The notes below the pieces were generated by a model. It did no database searches and had not been told where the DNA came from. It saw only the letters and a list, made by a program, of their open reading frames with translations. Shown piece after piece: positions 1 through 12,217 of a stretch of 64,000 bases of DNA; the stretch's first letter is position 1, and each line of letters opens with the position of its first letter. The translations under genes and the position numbers were made by a program. This DNA comes from Marsupella aquatica (lineage: Eukaryota > Plantae > Marchantiophyta): NCBI GenBank assembly GCA_973895155.1, contig OZ316897.1:14445375-14509374 (forward strand), in the 5' to 3' direction.

Positions 1-2558
1 CGTTAAATCCTCAGAAAACACTTCGTCTGAGAGAGCTGAACCTTTTCAACCATATCATCCAGCTCAGACACACTCAGAATCACGTTCTGAGGCTGATTTT
101 CCAGCAGTTACGGTTGATCCGCACTTGTCAAATGCGCAGCCTCTGGAAACTCTTGAACAAACACTTCTCCCGACAACTTCAGCAAGCAAACCGTATACTA
201 TTTTTGATCCACTCTCAGCAGAAATTCCAACTGTACCCCCAATTTTGTCTAAACCTGGTGAAACTCAGTTGCTGAGTCCAGAAGCATCAACCGTGTCACT
301 TCCTCCCTTGTGGTATGTACCTGGCGTAACACAGCCGCCCGTTCAGTCAGAACCATATGACCTCCCTGTTCGCCCGCTCCCAGCCGATGTACCGTCTAAA
401 TCTACTTTCAGCCCAGAATTACCTCCCGATTCAATTCCCCGACCGACTTTCAGCCCAGCACCGTCGAGGTTGGAAATCCCAGGTGAGCTTCCAGAGCCTA
501 TCGATCAACCTCGACCACCTGTCGGTCCACTCGTTCCTGACCCGACAACGATCAGTACGACAGCTCCGTCACCCTACAGCGATCCTTTAGTCGCTTCGCA
601 ATCACCCAAACCGATCGAATGGGTGGCGCCTCCGTTAGGTGCCGAGGGATCATTGTCAGGTATTGCGGCCGCTCCAGTTGAGGAAGACAAGACATGTCAT
701 CCGGTACTTCTGTTGCATCATGAACTGCTGAACGGAGATATGTGGTTCACAGAAACTAACAGGAACGGACCCAGTCCTCTTCTACCTTTCCTTCTGGCTG
801 ATGACGGCTTCGATGTGTGGGTGGGACATGAACGTGCAACGTATTGGTCGCATGATCATGCACGCCTGGACAGCTCTGAGATAGTAAGCGTTACCCGAGG
901 CGTTCCTAGTCCTTTAGTGCAACGAAATTGAGTTCACATTTTGTTTAGTGTCTCATTTTCACCGTTGTCAAACATTATTAAGCTAATAGTCATCGGTTCT
1001 AATGCCGTGTAGGAATACTGGGATTGGACGTGGGATGAGTTTGTAGACCATGATCTGCCAATAATGCTGACCCACATAAACGCCAACACGAACAGGAAAG
1101 TCCATGTGGTCGGTGTTTCTCAGGTAAAGCTTATTGCATACAGACAAGTTTATAGTCATATACATGATGTCATCAATGATGTGAAAGTGTTTCTCTCGAT
1201 CCGACTGGTAGTGGCCGAGGGTGTCGATTACTGTTTCCCCTTTGTTTTTTTTTCTTCCCATATTTTCGGAGCAGAGGTAACAGAACTTAAACGGGAATTC
1301 TGCCTGCAGAGTGCTGCCGTCGCAGTTGCTGCATCGACCCAGCAGGCAGTGGCCTCCCGAATGAAAAGTCTTGTATTAATTGGACCTTCCATATACCATG
1401 GCAGCGTGGGACTCCAACAATTACAAACCTTGGCGCAACTCTTTGCAAAATTCATTGACATGGTGACGCAAGTTCTTCAATTTTCACTCTTAATTCATTT
1501 TCTTTTTGCTACAGAATGAAGAGAATTGGACAAGCTTGCCGAAGTTTGAAGTTTGTGTTTCTAATTACCCGACTTGTGGACATTTCAGACACGACCGGAT
1601 CCCTCATTGTTTTTAGGGCAGTTCAACATCTCGAGGTTAGCTGACCCTACTCAGACTGCTCCATGCTCAGTTTCATGTTCCCCGTACGTTCACAATTTAG
1701 CGAAATTAGCATAGAATACCATCGAATTGTGAACAAGTGTTGACTGAACTTTCTCCATGTATGTGCAGGAACTTTGGATCGCACAATTGGTCATTGGGAG
1801 GACCTGTCTCGCTCATAACAGGTTTTGGCTTCCGGATTCTTTCTGGATGATCTTGGTGAAAATATGTCGAGTTTAGCAGTCTATAATGATGTCAGTCAGG
1901 ACATGCTTTGTGGCAGCATGAGTGCCGAAAATCATGAATATTAATATCTAGATGATTCCGATTATTAAAACTGGCTGACTGACTCTGGTTTTGGTATGTC
2001 ACGACGTAGGACCAGATTGCTGCATCAGCAAGTCAGTGGCGCTATTCCACAATGGATGGGACGGTACAACGTCATACAAGAATTTTCAGCATTTCGAGCA
2101 AGGTCATATCAGCTCTGGGCTTAAACGGTCAAATTGATCAAATGAGATGTCATTCAATTGCAAGCCAAGAATTTAAGCACCTCACTGAGTCGTAAGCTTC
2201 CCTTGATTGGCATATACTTAACAGCGCGTGTTGCTGTGCACTTCCGATTTCAGGTATCTTGAGAAACACGTTCCAGCGTTTTGATTACGTATCTGCTTCC
2301 CGCAATCTGGATGCCTACGGACAGACTACTCCTCCAGCCTATTCACCTGCAAACATTCCCGTCGATATCCCAGTGCAGGTCATATTTGCAGGCAATGATT
2401 TCTTCTCGCCTCCAGAAGGTGTAGAGGAGCTTATCCTGGGGATGCAAAGGCTACCAACGAAGGTCTACTTACGTCTGTATGCTCACTTCGATCTGCTCTA
2501 TAGCAGCAGACGCTATGAAGATGTGTATTTGCCAATTCTCTCATTTCTCCGACAATAG
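1..2558 (+). CDS. Triacylglycerol lipase-like alpha/beta hydrolase (plant LIP1/acid-lipase family) with long Pro/Ser-rich N-terminal extension; 5' partial, 7 exons
   Basis: The frame is open from base 2. Inferred exons with phase-consistent GT-AG introns: <2-883, 1013-1123, 1310-1462, 1589-1635, 1769-1821, 2010-2102, 2254-2558. Motifs: PVLLLHH..GDMWF, LADDGFDVWVG, EYWDWTWDEFVDHDLP, VHVVGVSQ|S (nucleophile Ser), ITGPDCC, FQRFDY..N...YGQTTPPAY, AGND (Asp), YAHFDLL (His). Confidence 0.88.
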
Positions 2559-3586
2559 CTCAAGCTACACGATCGATATCCTATTGGTAGATCAATCCAT
2601 AAGTGTTTGACATCCTCTGCAGTCTGAAGTCAGGTAACCCAATGGAGCACATTGATAGATCGATCACGAACACATTAAAGAGACGTCTGCTCACAACTAT
2701 ATGATTCAAGATATGTGAGAATCTTCCTCGTAAAGTAAATCTAGACTAACCCCAACATGGAGCGTGTGTTCATCGGAATCGATCACAGAAAGACAGTTAC
2801 ACTCGACAGAAGCGGATACTCCATTCATTGATAATGGAATCAATCCTTCTGGCGTCATAACAGTACACATATACTAGTTAGGACTATTTTGTGAGGGACC
2901 GTTAGACGTGCATCCTGAACAGCAGATACATCTTCTTCAAATTACGTAGCTTATCTTCACGCGCATTCATTGTTATGACCCTTTTAGTTTAACTTGTACG
3001 TACGTAAAAGTAAGCTGGGTTATTTCAACTATACTTTTGCCATCCTGGACAGCAGATCTCTCGTAATTCAGATGACAATGAGAATATGTACTGTAGTAGC
3101 TCAATTTGAGTTTCTGCGTTTCTCATATTTTCATACTAGCTCGTCATTCATTCGTTTGGATATTTGATTCGGTTACCAGCGAAAATGTCTTCTGTAACGT
3201 TATCGATCACGGTTCCCAGACCTGGCTATCGTTCTCAATTACGCTATTGAGAATGCAGGCTCGCTTTGTGCAAACTTGCTCTAAATAAGGGGCACCTGTC
3301 CCAAGGATTAATTCTAGTCGCAGATCCAGCGAAATAAGTAAACATGTTAAACCCGCCGAGGAAGGCACTCGTTCATTTTGGAGGTTCTTCAGATCTTATT
3401 CTACAACTCTATCAAGTCATGTTTGTTCTGGTAAATATTAGTTTGTTGGGGTCACTTAACTAGTTCGTAGTAGATCTAAGGGACCAAGTTGCTAAATAAA
3501 TCTGAGTTCCGACCAAGACTGATGTGCAGGCTGTGTGATGTTCAACATTCATGCAAGGTAGATGCCTGGTCAACCTGGTAGTTACT

Positions 3587-3670
3587 TGCCTTGGTGTCCT
3601 GACATTTTCACCCATCGAGGAATTCATGTGCCTTGGTGTCCTGACATTTTCACCTATCGAGGAATTCATG
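3587..3670. repeat. 42-bp tandem duplication
   Basis: tgccttggtgtcctgacattttcacc(c/t)atcgaggaattcatg at 3587 and 3629. Confidence 0.85.
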
Positions 3671-5190
3671 CCGATTGAAGGTGTATATATGGTGTACCAA
3701 ACAATGTCGCCGTTAACGTTTTTGCAAAACAAGAAAAGTGTGTAAATATAATATGCATCTTTTTGGTGCAGTACATAGCAAAAACCAAACACTCTCCAAT
3801 TTTCATGAAAGGGGGTTTTCTTTTCAATGTCTGTCGCAAGTACTTGAGCAAACTATTCTACTCGTTGAGTGCTTAACGGAGAAAAAACATTAGGGGCATA
3901 ATCAGGAGAAGAAGAGAGATATCGAAATAATTCCGAAATTCCAGATTCCGAAGGACATAGTATTTGCAAAGTATGATCAGGAGTATCAAAACGAGGTAAA
4001 GTGCACACGGAAGTACGTGAAGAGAATACACGTGAGGAACTCAATGCTGTGAGAATTGGAGACAGAAAATAGTAAACATCTAGTCCATGAGTTCCAGTGA
4101 ATAAGCTTCGAATCCTCTATTGAATATTGAACTCTGAGTACCCCGAGAATCAAACCAGACATAAGTACTTCAACCAAGAGCATTGCTCGCCCGGGGAGAA
4201 AAGCTAGTTTGAATTCTTAACAGGATAAACATGAGGATCGAGCATCCACTAGACAGGAGCGGGGAGAGCAGAGTTCAACACGTGTTGAGTCCCCGCTGTC
4301 AAAACACCCCGCGTCCTTTTACATGTAAGGACAGTAAACGGTGCAGGAAAATTCACAAAACTACAGAAAGAACGTCGAGACAAAGAACAGTAAAGGGAGA
4401 AAATCCCTTTCACACAAAGCTTTGAAGAAAAAGTACTCTGCGATTAATTATGGGCTTTGACATTTACAGTTCCAAGCAGTTGAAAACCTGCAATCTTGAC
4501 GGCCCGAATTGTAAGACGAAATAATGCAGTTTAATTGCACTGAATGCACTGATCGGATTGTAGATCAGCAAAATGTAACCAACTACTTCTCGAGGTGTAC
4601 AAAAAAAAATTGTTGTCTTTCGCTGTCTCTCGGGGAATGAAATTGCCAATGATTAGTATGTAACAGCGGCTCCCTCAAATTCGTTTTGTGAGTCAACCAT
4701 TGGTGCAGAAGGAATGCCAGTTCCCACGAGAAAGGCCGCAAAGAGAAGAAACAAAGATGCTGTGAAAGTGATCGCAACCAGAAAATCATTTAGGAATATT
4801 TCAGACTTCTCGGAAAATGGCAGACGGGAGCGTTGTAGAACTGAGAATGAACAACGAGCGAAAGGAAGTTGAGACTACGTGAAACTTACAGCAATTCTTA
4901 AGTATTTTGACCACCTGTATCTCTCTCTAAGGATCCCTATGAAGTTTAGCAGCCAGGCCAGCGATTGAAAAGGAGAGAGCGAGAGTTGCTCTGCATGAGT
5001 GCTCTCATCGCAAATCATTCCCCAAGCTGTCCAAGAAAATAAAATCAAAGCCGCAGCACCTGAGTCATTCAGGGTCGCGCGTCCAGTAATGAAGGTCAAG
5101 TTCCATGTTTTCTGGCACCTAACTTTCTATTTCTAGTTATGAGTATTTTCCCAACTTTTAACTAGGCCAACCACTTGGGTCGTGGGAACC

Positions 5191-5332
5191 AAGCGCCTGG
5201 TTTTCTTTTCATTTAACAACATTATCATTTAGCAATCTTTACTCATAGAGCACAAATGGAAGCGCCTGGTTTTCTTTTCAATTAACGACATTATCATTTA
5301 ACAATCTTTACTCACAGAGCACAAATGGAAGC
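5191..5332. repeat. 69-bp tandem duplication
   Basis: aagcgcctggttttcttttca...gagcacaaatgg at 5191 and 5260. Confidence 0.85.
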
Positions 5333-6432
5333 TAGAGTTTGGGTTTAGGCTTCTAGAGTGAAGCCTCTACTAAGGGACTCTAGTGCCCTGGCCACCAAAG
5401 TGACTCTAGTGCCCCACCAGAATGTATGTGCATACAAAAAGAGTAGATGCATAGAGAGAATAATATGGCCTACAAATTCAAGTGCATGAAAGAATGATGT
5501 ATGTTAAAATGATTACATGTACCATGGATTCTAATATAAAAGCTCAGTCACAGGGACTCCACACTGACTTAGTAAAGACAAAACTGATTTATTTTATTAA
5601 TATTGTAGTTTAATTTTTTTTGAAGAAAGGCGGCGGGGCGCTAATTGAAATTCAAAGACATCGTGGCAAAAACTAGTGGCACGGGAGAACAACAAGCCCA
5701 GTGGGCAACCCACACACCGCAAACCCCCGAAGGGCCAGCTAGAGCAACAGTCACCAACACGCCAAAGCGGGGAGAAAGAGCTAACTAACTACTCTTGGTC
5801 CAAGAGTGGATCAAGATCAACCAGCAGTTCATAGCTAGGCATAGTGTGAATCCACATGCTTAGCCTTGAGGTGATCAGATTTGTGGCCCATTTGCCCCAA
5901 AATTGGTGGTATCTATCATCAATGATCGGGAGAAACTCATTCAAATGAGGGTAGTGGTCAATCCTACCAGTTCTATGATTCTCAAGGTAAAGGATACTAT
6001 GGGGGATACTACTCTGAATTATGCTATACTCATTGCTAAACTCAAACATCAGAAATGATTCCGTACGTGGGGGGTGTGATTTCTCATCGCAGATTTGTCA
6101 GTCATCATACTATATAGAGAGCTTTGTTAAAGTTTTGTATAAGCGCCAAGCCTTCGTAGCACTTCTGGTATGATTAAGAGTGGCATACACAGTCACAATA
6201 GTACCATATAAAATGAGTTGAAAGGGAAACTAGGTGGCATTGGCATGGTCAGTGCACTGGCGTCTCTAATCTCCTGACCAGCTAGATGTTGCTTACCATC
6301 TGGTGGATGAGAAGGAGAAAGCTGGGGTTTCTCTGTTGTTATCGGATAGTAGTGTGCCTCTTGCCGAAGAAAGAGGAGCCAATGGCATTGGGTAGCCCAG
6401 TTCTCTAGTTGGCAAAATGTTCACACTGATTC

Positions 6433-6734
6433 CTCGAGGGTCTCACTATATGGATGCTTCCCCATCACCTTCAACGTTTTTAGGCCTTGGACCCCCTAAA
6501 ATGTAAGGGAAATTTTTTTAATTTTTCAACCCCTATAAATTTGGAATATTCCAAGAATATTCCAAAATTTTGGCTATAAGGATCCTAATGTTAATATGAT
6601 AAGTCTCAAAATTGGATTTAAAAGACCTTATTGTTCTTCTTAGAAGATTCTTAAGTATTCCTATTGAACCCATAAAATGACCCTATACTTCGTCGTACGT
6701 GATATACCATTCTGGTGGAATTGAAACCCCCAAG
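6433..6734 (+). mobile_element. MITE copy A (~300 bp non-autonomous DNA transposon)
   Basis: Termini ctcgagggtctcact...ttgaaacccccaag; 8-bp TSD actgattc/attgattc. Confidence 0.85.
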
Positions 6735-6806
6735 ATTGATTCCATCAAATTCTCAATCTGGGGCATTCAAAAACATGTGTTTGAAGACTCAATGTGACCC
6801 TGACAT

Positions 6807-7062
6807 CTTGGAGGTTTCACTTTCACAAAAATGGCACATCACGTGCGATGAAAGATAGGGTCAATTTATTGGTTTGAAGGGAAAACTTAAGAATTTTTGC
6901 AGAAGAACAATAGGGTCTTTCTAACAAAATTTTGAGAATATTCCAAGAATATTCCAAATTTATAGGGGTTGAAAATTAATTTGTTGTCTTACATTTTAGG
7001 GGGTCCAAGGCCTAAAAATGTCGCAGGCGATGGGAAGACATCCATATAGTGAGGACCCCGAG
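6807..7062 (-). mobile_element. MITE copy B, inverted relative to A
   Basis: Termini cttggaggtttcact...agtgaggaccccgag; TSD cctgacat/cctaacat. Confidence 0.85.
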
Positions 7063-7375
7063 CCTAACATGCAAAATGTGCATCCCATCACCAACATCCC
7101 ACTTAAGAGCACAATGGTTGGAAAAATAACCCGCATCATTGAGAACCTTCCAAAAATCCAGTTTCACACTTGCGGAGGACCACCCGCTCCAAACATGAAT
7201 CCACCGTCGTCTCCAGATCTGTTGAGTGACAGGAGAGAACCATCTACGATTAAGTTTCTGTGTCGGTGTGTTGTGAAGCTGCATCTGTCATCAAGGCCCG
7301 GGTTTTAGTCAGGAGATCCCAACCTTTCTTTCTCCTTGAGTCCACCTCCATGTCCACCTGCATTGGCGAGCCTCC

Positions 7376-7515
7376 TTAACCTAAATTAATGCCTAACTGC
7401 TAGACCTGATTAATAACAAGGAGCAACGGCATACCGGTGGGGTGGCAATTAGCATGATGAATGGGAGAACCCAAAGACAGAATACGTATGTATTGCCAGT
7501 CCAGAACTTTCAACA
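7376..7515 (-). repeat. Partial 3' LTR of the Copia element
   Basis: Aligns with ~12081-12217 (about 18 mismatches and one indel by manual count) and abuts the PPT. Confidence 0.85.
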
Positions 7516-7971
7516 CCCCCTCTTGACCGCATCTCGCTAACAAGAACAAGGATAGATGATGAGTGGGCAATAAAGCACGAGAGTGACAGACAAGGAGTCA
7601 ATGAAGAACATAAGGAGTCATGGCGCAGAGAGAGGTCTCATTGCGTGACTTAGGGTTCCATTTTCTGCTAGGAATGTTGACTGAGCTTCATAGCCGCCTT
7701 CGTGCGATTTGTGCAAGAATCCTTTCAATGTGGTCAAGTTGAGGCAGACACGGTGGGGACGGTGGTTCCCAAGGAGCCGGTTAGAGACATAGGTCTGGCA
7801 GGTACAGTGGATGAATCGTTCATAGATTCCACAAGAGCTCTTGATCCGCCAGGACGTCGTGTAGTAGAGAGTGTAGTGTGAGTCTAGATGAGACGAAAGC
7901 AAGTCTTCATCCCCCAGTGAACGGTTATCCATGTGGAACAGATCATTCAGATCACCTCGGTGGAGCCTCCT

Positions 7972-8070
7972 TGCCGATATTATGCAGTTGCAAGAGGCCG
8001 ACGTCCGGGGATATATACCTCTTGGGAGGAGACCAAGCCATCGGTTAGTGGCTACCGGGAGTGGCTAGCT
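7972..8070 (+). pseudogene. RNase H1 N-terminal hybrid-binding domain (Cauli_VI/viroplasmin-like) fragment, antisense within the Copia 3' region
   Basis: RYYAVARGRRPGIYTSWEETKPSVSGY matches the YYAV.KGR.PGIY..W.EC..QV.GY signature. Confidence 0.75.
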
Positions 8071-9185
8071 ATCGGGGAAATAAGTTTAAGTCCTTCAAAA
8101 CTAGACAAGAAGCGAAGATCTATAGGGAGCGGAATGGTGTAAGACCAGTTTAACTAGGAGGACAAGAACATTGTCCAATAGGAAGTGATGTACAGTCACT
8201 CTTTTGTGCAGGAAAGTCTTGGCTAAATATGAGATAATGACCTCATGCCAAATTGATCTCTGTTTCTGATCAATTTTGACCTTGGAAGTGCTTTAGTAAA
8301 AATGTTGGCAACTTGCTCTTCAGATTTCACATGCTGCATTGAGACTTCTCCCTCCAATCGGGCCTCCAATATTTTGCTTCCTAATTAATGATCAGACTGG
8401 TGATGGATCTCGAGATGTTTGGTCCAGGCACGTGAAACACTAGGTTTTTTTCTAGCTAGTCCTGTATTGTGGGGGTGGAAGAGTCCACATGGTCAACATA
8501 TATGTCTAAGCTCTTGCGCGCTTGATGTTGCTTGGAACAATCTGGTTTTTTTGTAGCTCTTCTACTAGTCTTTTAAGATAAACACCTTCTTGAGCTCCAT
8601 CGGACAGGGCTCTGTATTCAGCCTATGTAGTCGATCTTGACACCGTGGGCTGTCGCTTGCTGCTCCAAGCAATGAGACCCATGGTAAGCTTGTGGACGTA
8701 CCCTCCGGTGGACCTTTGTGTGTCTGGACATGAGTTTCCCCAATCAGTTTGTGTAACCCTCAATTTCAAGCGGCCCCTCCTTTTCATAGAACACACCGTA
8801 GTCGATGGATCCTTTGATGTACCTAACAATGTGCATTGCTGCATGAAAGTGAGCTCATGAACCTGCTGACCAGTCCGACAAAGAATGAGATGTCCGATCG
8901 GGTGTTGGTGAGGTATATGAGTTTTAATTTCCTACTAGTTTGCAATAGGTTGTGATGTCCATATCATTTTGGAGTGTTGGTTTTGGCATCGTGATCTGGA
9001 CAACTCCAGTCCTTCACGTAGAGGCGTGGTAGGAGGTTGACAATTCCGTCCCGTATTCATAGAGTTTTTTGATGAAGTAGAATGCCATTTGGAGTCTGGT
9101 GGAAGTCAACCCCAAGGTAGCATTTGGCCGTGCCGAGATCCTTCATTTTGTATTTGGCTTGTAGCTGCAACTTGAGTCATGCAAT

Positions 9186-9779
9186 CTCGAGGGTCTCACT
9201 ATATGGGACCTCCCCATCACCTGCGACGTTTTTAGGCCTTGGACCCCCTAAAATGTAAGAATTTATTTTTATTTTTTAACCCCTATAAAGTTGGAATATT
9301 CTAAAACTTGGATTAAAAAGACCCTAATGTTCTTATAAGTCTCAAAATTGAATTTAAAAGACCCTATCAATTGTTCTCTTACAAAAATTCTTAAGTCTTC
9401 CCTTAGAACCAATAAAATGACCCTATCCTTCGTCGCACGTGATATGTCATTTTTGTGGAAGTGAAACCCCCGAGCTCGGGGGTCACACTATATGGGGACC
9501 TCCCCATCACCTGCGACGTTTTTAGGCCTCGAACCCCCTAAAATGTAAGAAAAAATAATTATTTTTCAACCCCTATAAAGTTGTAATATTCTTGGAATAT
9601 TCCAAAAATTGGATTAAAAAGACCCTAATGTTCTTATAAGTCTCAAAATTGAATTTAAAAGATCCTATTGTTCTTCTACAAAAATTCTTAAGTTTTCCCT
9701 TAGAACCAATAAAATGACCCTATCCTTTGTCGCACGTGATATGCCATTTTTGTGGAAGTGAAACCCCTGAGCCCCCGAG
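9186..9779 (+). mobile_element. MITE copies C (9186-9474) and D (9475-9771), D inserted at the tip of C; both inside Copia RT
   Basis: Outer TSD catgcaat/catacaat (9178-9185, 9780-9787). D is flanked by a perfect cccccgag/cccccgag (9467-9474, 9772-9779). Confidence 0.88.
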
Positions 9780-11432
9780 CATACAATTAGTTGATGCCCA
9801 CTCCCGATGATTAGTAGATCATCAACAAACAGGAGAACTAAATTGCCATCTTGTTGTCCTATACTTTGAAGTAGAGGTTGGGGTCAAGAGAGCTTCTCTG
9901 GCACTCCATCGATCTGAGGTAGGCCCTGGGCCCTCACTCCGAGTAGAAGAAGTGAACCCCCTGCAATCAGGACCCCTTCCCTCTTACCCCTTCAGTGCTA
10001 TTTCCATTTTTCTATAAAAAGTTCCCTTGTTATTGGTAATAATTATAAAATTTATTAGTTTCAAATGAATAAAATCCACCCAAGTTTGAGCATTCACACG
10101 TCCTCCCATATTAGTTAACACTAAGCGCAGGGGAGGTGGACATCCACTTCTTCATACCATGCTCTTGGACTTTGTTTGAGCTTGACTGTAGATAGGTCTA
10201 TCTACGTAGTTTGCATACGAGTTGCTCTTGACCAGGTATTAGAAAACTGGCCGGGTGGCTGTTTCATGAATATCAACTCTCTCAGAGCGCTGTTTAGAAA
10301 TGCTGTCACCACATCCATGTGTAGTAGGGGCCATCCCATTGCAGCTGCAAGAGAAACTTACAATAAGTCTGACAATAGACCAACGAACAACTGGAGCAAA
10401 GGTTTCATCATAGCCGAGTCCCTCCCTTTGTTCATTGCCTCTTGCAACCACTCGAGCTTTGAATTTGACTTTGCCAACATGATCCATCTTCTCCCTTAGG
10501 ACCCATCTGGCAGATAAGGCTTTTTCCCTCGGAGGAAGATTGACAAGATCCCACATACCCCCGCACATACCATTCTTGTCATGAGCATGAAGTTTGTGCT
10601 ACATAGCTTTGACCCATTGCGGATCACAAAGAGCTTCCTTGAGCTGTATATCGTTGGAAGAATCGGCCATGAGAGTAAGTAGAAGTTCATCAACACCGGC
10701 AGTCAAAGAACATGAAAATCTCCATGGAAATCATTATACTTAGCTGGAAACAATGTAAGCTGGCCTGATGGGGGCCAGGTACGTACAATGTTTTGATGGC
10801 GAGCTTGGCAAGTTGGTGCAAGAGGAGAGTCCAAAGTCAGATCTGGTGGCAGGTCAGACGAAGGTGCTGGAGAATCAGATAGTTCTTTTGTTATTGCGAT
10901 CGGAGGATCCTGACCGGTAAAGATGGATGTCAAAGAAGGATTGTCAGCAGCATGTGCAGGCCCGACATCATCAAAGGAGAAGAGGTCATTTAGACTTTCC
11001 TTGTCAGTAGGTGATGTAGGAGAAAAATCTCCTAGAGTGGACTCATCAAAGATGACGTCCCTTGATAGAAGAATTTTTTGGGTATTGGGATCAAAGCAGC
11101 GATAGGCTTTGCTCTAAGCGTCGTATCCAACTAGCATGCATTTAATGGACTTGATGTCAAGCTTATGTCGTGATGTAGCAGGGATGTGAACATGAGCAGT
11201 GCTACCGATGATCTACAAATTAAGATGGCCTACCTGAGGTTTACTGTTGGTCTTACACTCAAATGGGGTGGATAGGTTGAGTGCACGAATACATCTGTTA
11301 ATATAGTTGGCAGTATTAATCAGTTCCTCCCATAGAAATGCGGGAGCACTAGACCTGAAAGACAATGATCTGACAGTGTCAAGTAGCATTCAATTCTTCC
11401 TCTCGGCTACCCCGTTTTGATGCGGAGCCTTG

Positions 11433-11679
11433 CTCGGGGGTTTCACTTTCACAAAAATGACACATCACGTGCAACAATGGATATGACTGTTTTACTGATT
11501 CAAAGGAAAAACTTGAGAATTTTCTCAGAAGAACAATATGGTCTTTTAAATACAAATTTGAGACTTATAATAACATTAGAGTATTTATAACAAAAGTTTT
11601 GGAATATTCTTTACAAGGGTTAAGAAAAATATTATATTTTTCTTATATGTAAGTGGGTCCAAGGCCTAAAAACATCGCA
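11433..11679 (-). mobile_element. Truncated MITE copy E at the Copia integrase/gag deletion junction
   Basis: Begins ctcgggggtttcactttcac and follows the family body in reverse. The second TIR and the TSD are absent. Confidence 0.8.
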
Positions 11680-11899
11680 CATCCACAGCCCGGGGGAGCC
11701 CGGGGCAGTAGCTCCCCCTCTTCTATTGACAGTGGATCAACTACATACCAAAGTCCTTTCTGCTCAATGTGGAAGGCCCACATAATGTAGTTCAGGGCTC
11801 CAAACTAACTTTCACTATCACAGAACGAAATCTTGGTAGCGTCAGAAAAGACATGATGAATTTCTAAAGAGTCTCAGAAATCTGGTAGCTCTGATATCA

Positions 11900-12217
11900 T
11901 GAAGAAATTTTCTGAACACTGAATTATCACTCGGAAGCGAGGAGTAATATACGCAGTGAGAAGCGGCCGTTGAGTGCCTCAGATGTCAAACAGGTATGAC
12001 AGGCGCAACTAGAGGGGGAGCGCCAGGTAGTATTGTCCTATGTGAATAAATGGAAAACAGTTAGTCGGTAGTCAAGCTACTTAACCTATTTAAATGCCTC
12101 TCTGCTAAACCTGATTAATTACTAGGAGCGACAACATACCGGTGGGGTGGTAGTTAACGTGATGAATGGGAGAACCCGAGGACAGAATATGTATGTATTG
12201 GTCCAGAACTTTCAACA
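11900..12217 (-). repeat. 5' LTR of the Copia element (~318 bp)
   Basis: TGTTGAAAG...TTCTTCA on the minus strand, followed directly by the PBS. Confidence 0.85.

Larger units (their letters stand above)
5614..7375 (-). mobile_element. 5'-truncated, degenerate LINE (ORF2 C-terminal zf-RVT region and 3' end), interrupted by two MITEs
   Basis: Minus strand reads RRWIHVWSGWSSASVKLDFWKVLN.GYFSNHCALKWDVGDG. After removing the MITEs and allowing frameshifts it continues with a C..C and ES..H.FECP-type motif typical of zf-RVT. The ORF ends at 5789, and a short A-run (T-run on plus) lies at 5614-5621. Confidence 0.7.
7376..12217 (-). mobile_element. Degenerate, internally deleted Ty1/Copia LTR retrotransposon
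   Basis: 5' LTR 11900-12217 (TG...CA). Met-tRNAi-type PBS TGATATCAGAGC at 11888-11899. Gag N-terminal remnant NYIMWAFHIEQKGLWYVVDP at ~11700-11830. Integrase APHQNGVAERKN..LWEELINTANYINR at ~11100-11430. RT: WDLVNLPP..KARVVARG..YDETFAPV, LKQSPRAWY, LFVDDLL. RNase H: QRSTGGY..IAWSSKRQPTVSRSTT..QVANIFTKAL, ending ~8223. PPT TCAAGAGGGGG at 7516-7526. Partial 3' LTR 7376-7515. Many stops and frameshifts. Confidence 0.92.

Noticed and set aside
1064-1519. 151-aa ORF as a separate gene
   Set aside because: It is lipase exons 2-3 read through an in-frame 186-bp intron.
6433-7062. Single 630-bp element with very long TIRs
   Set aside because: Each half has its own TIRs and TSD, so these are two insertions.
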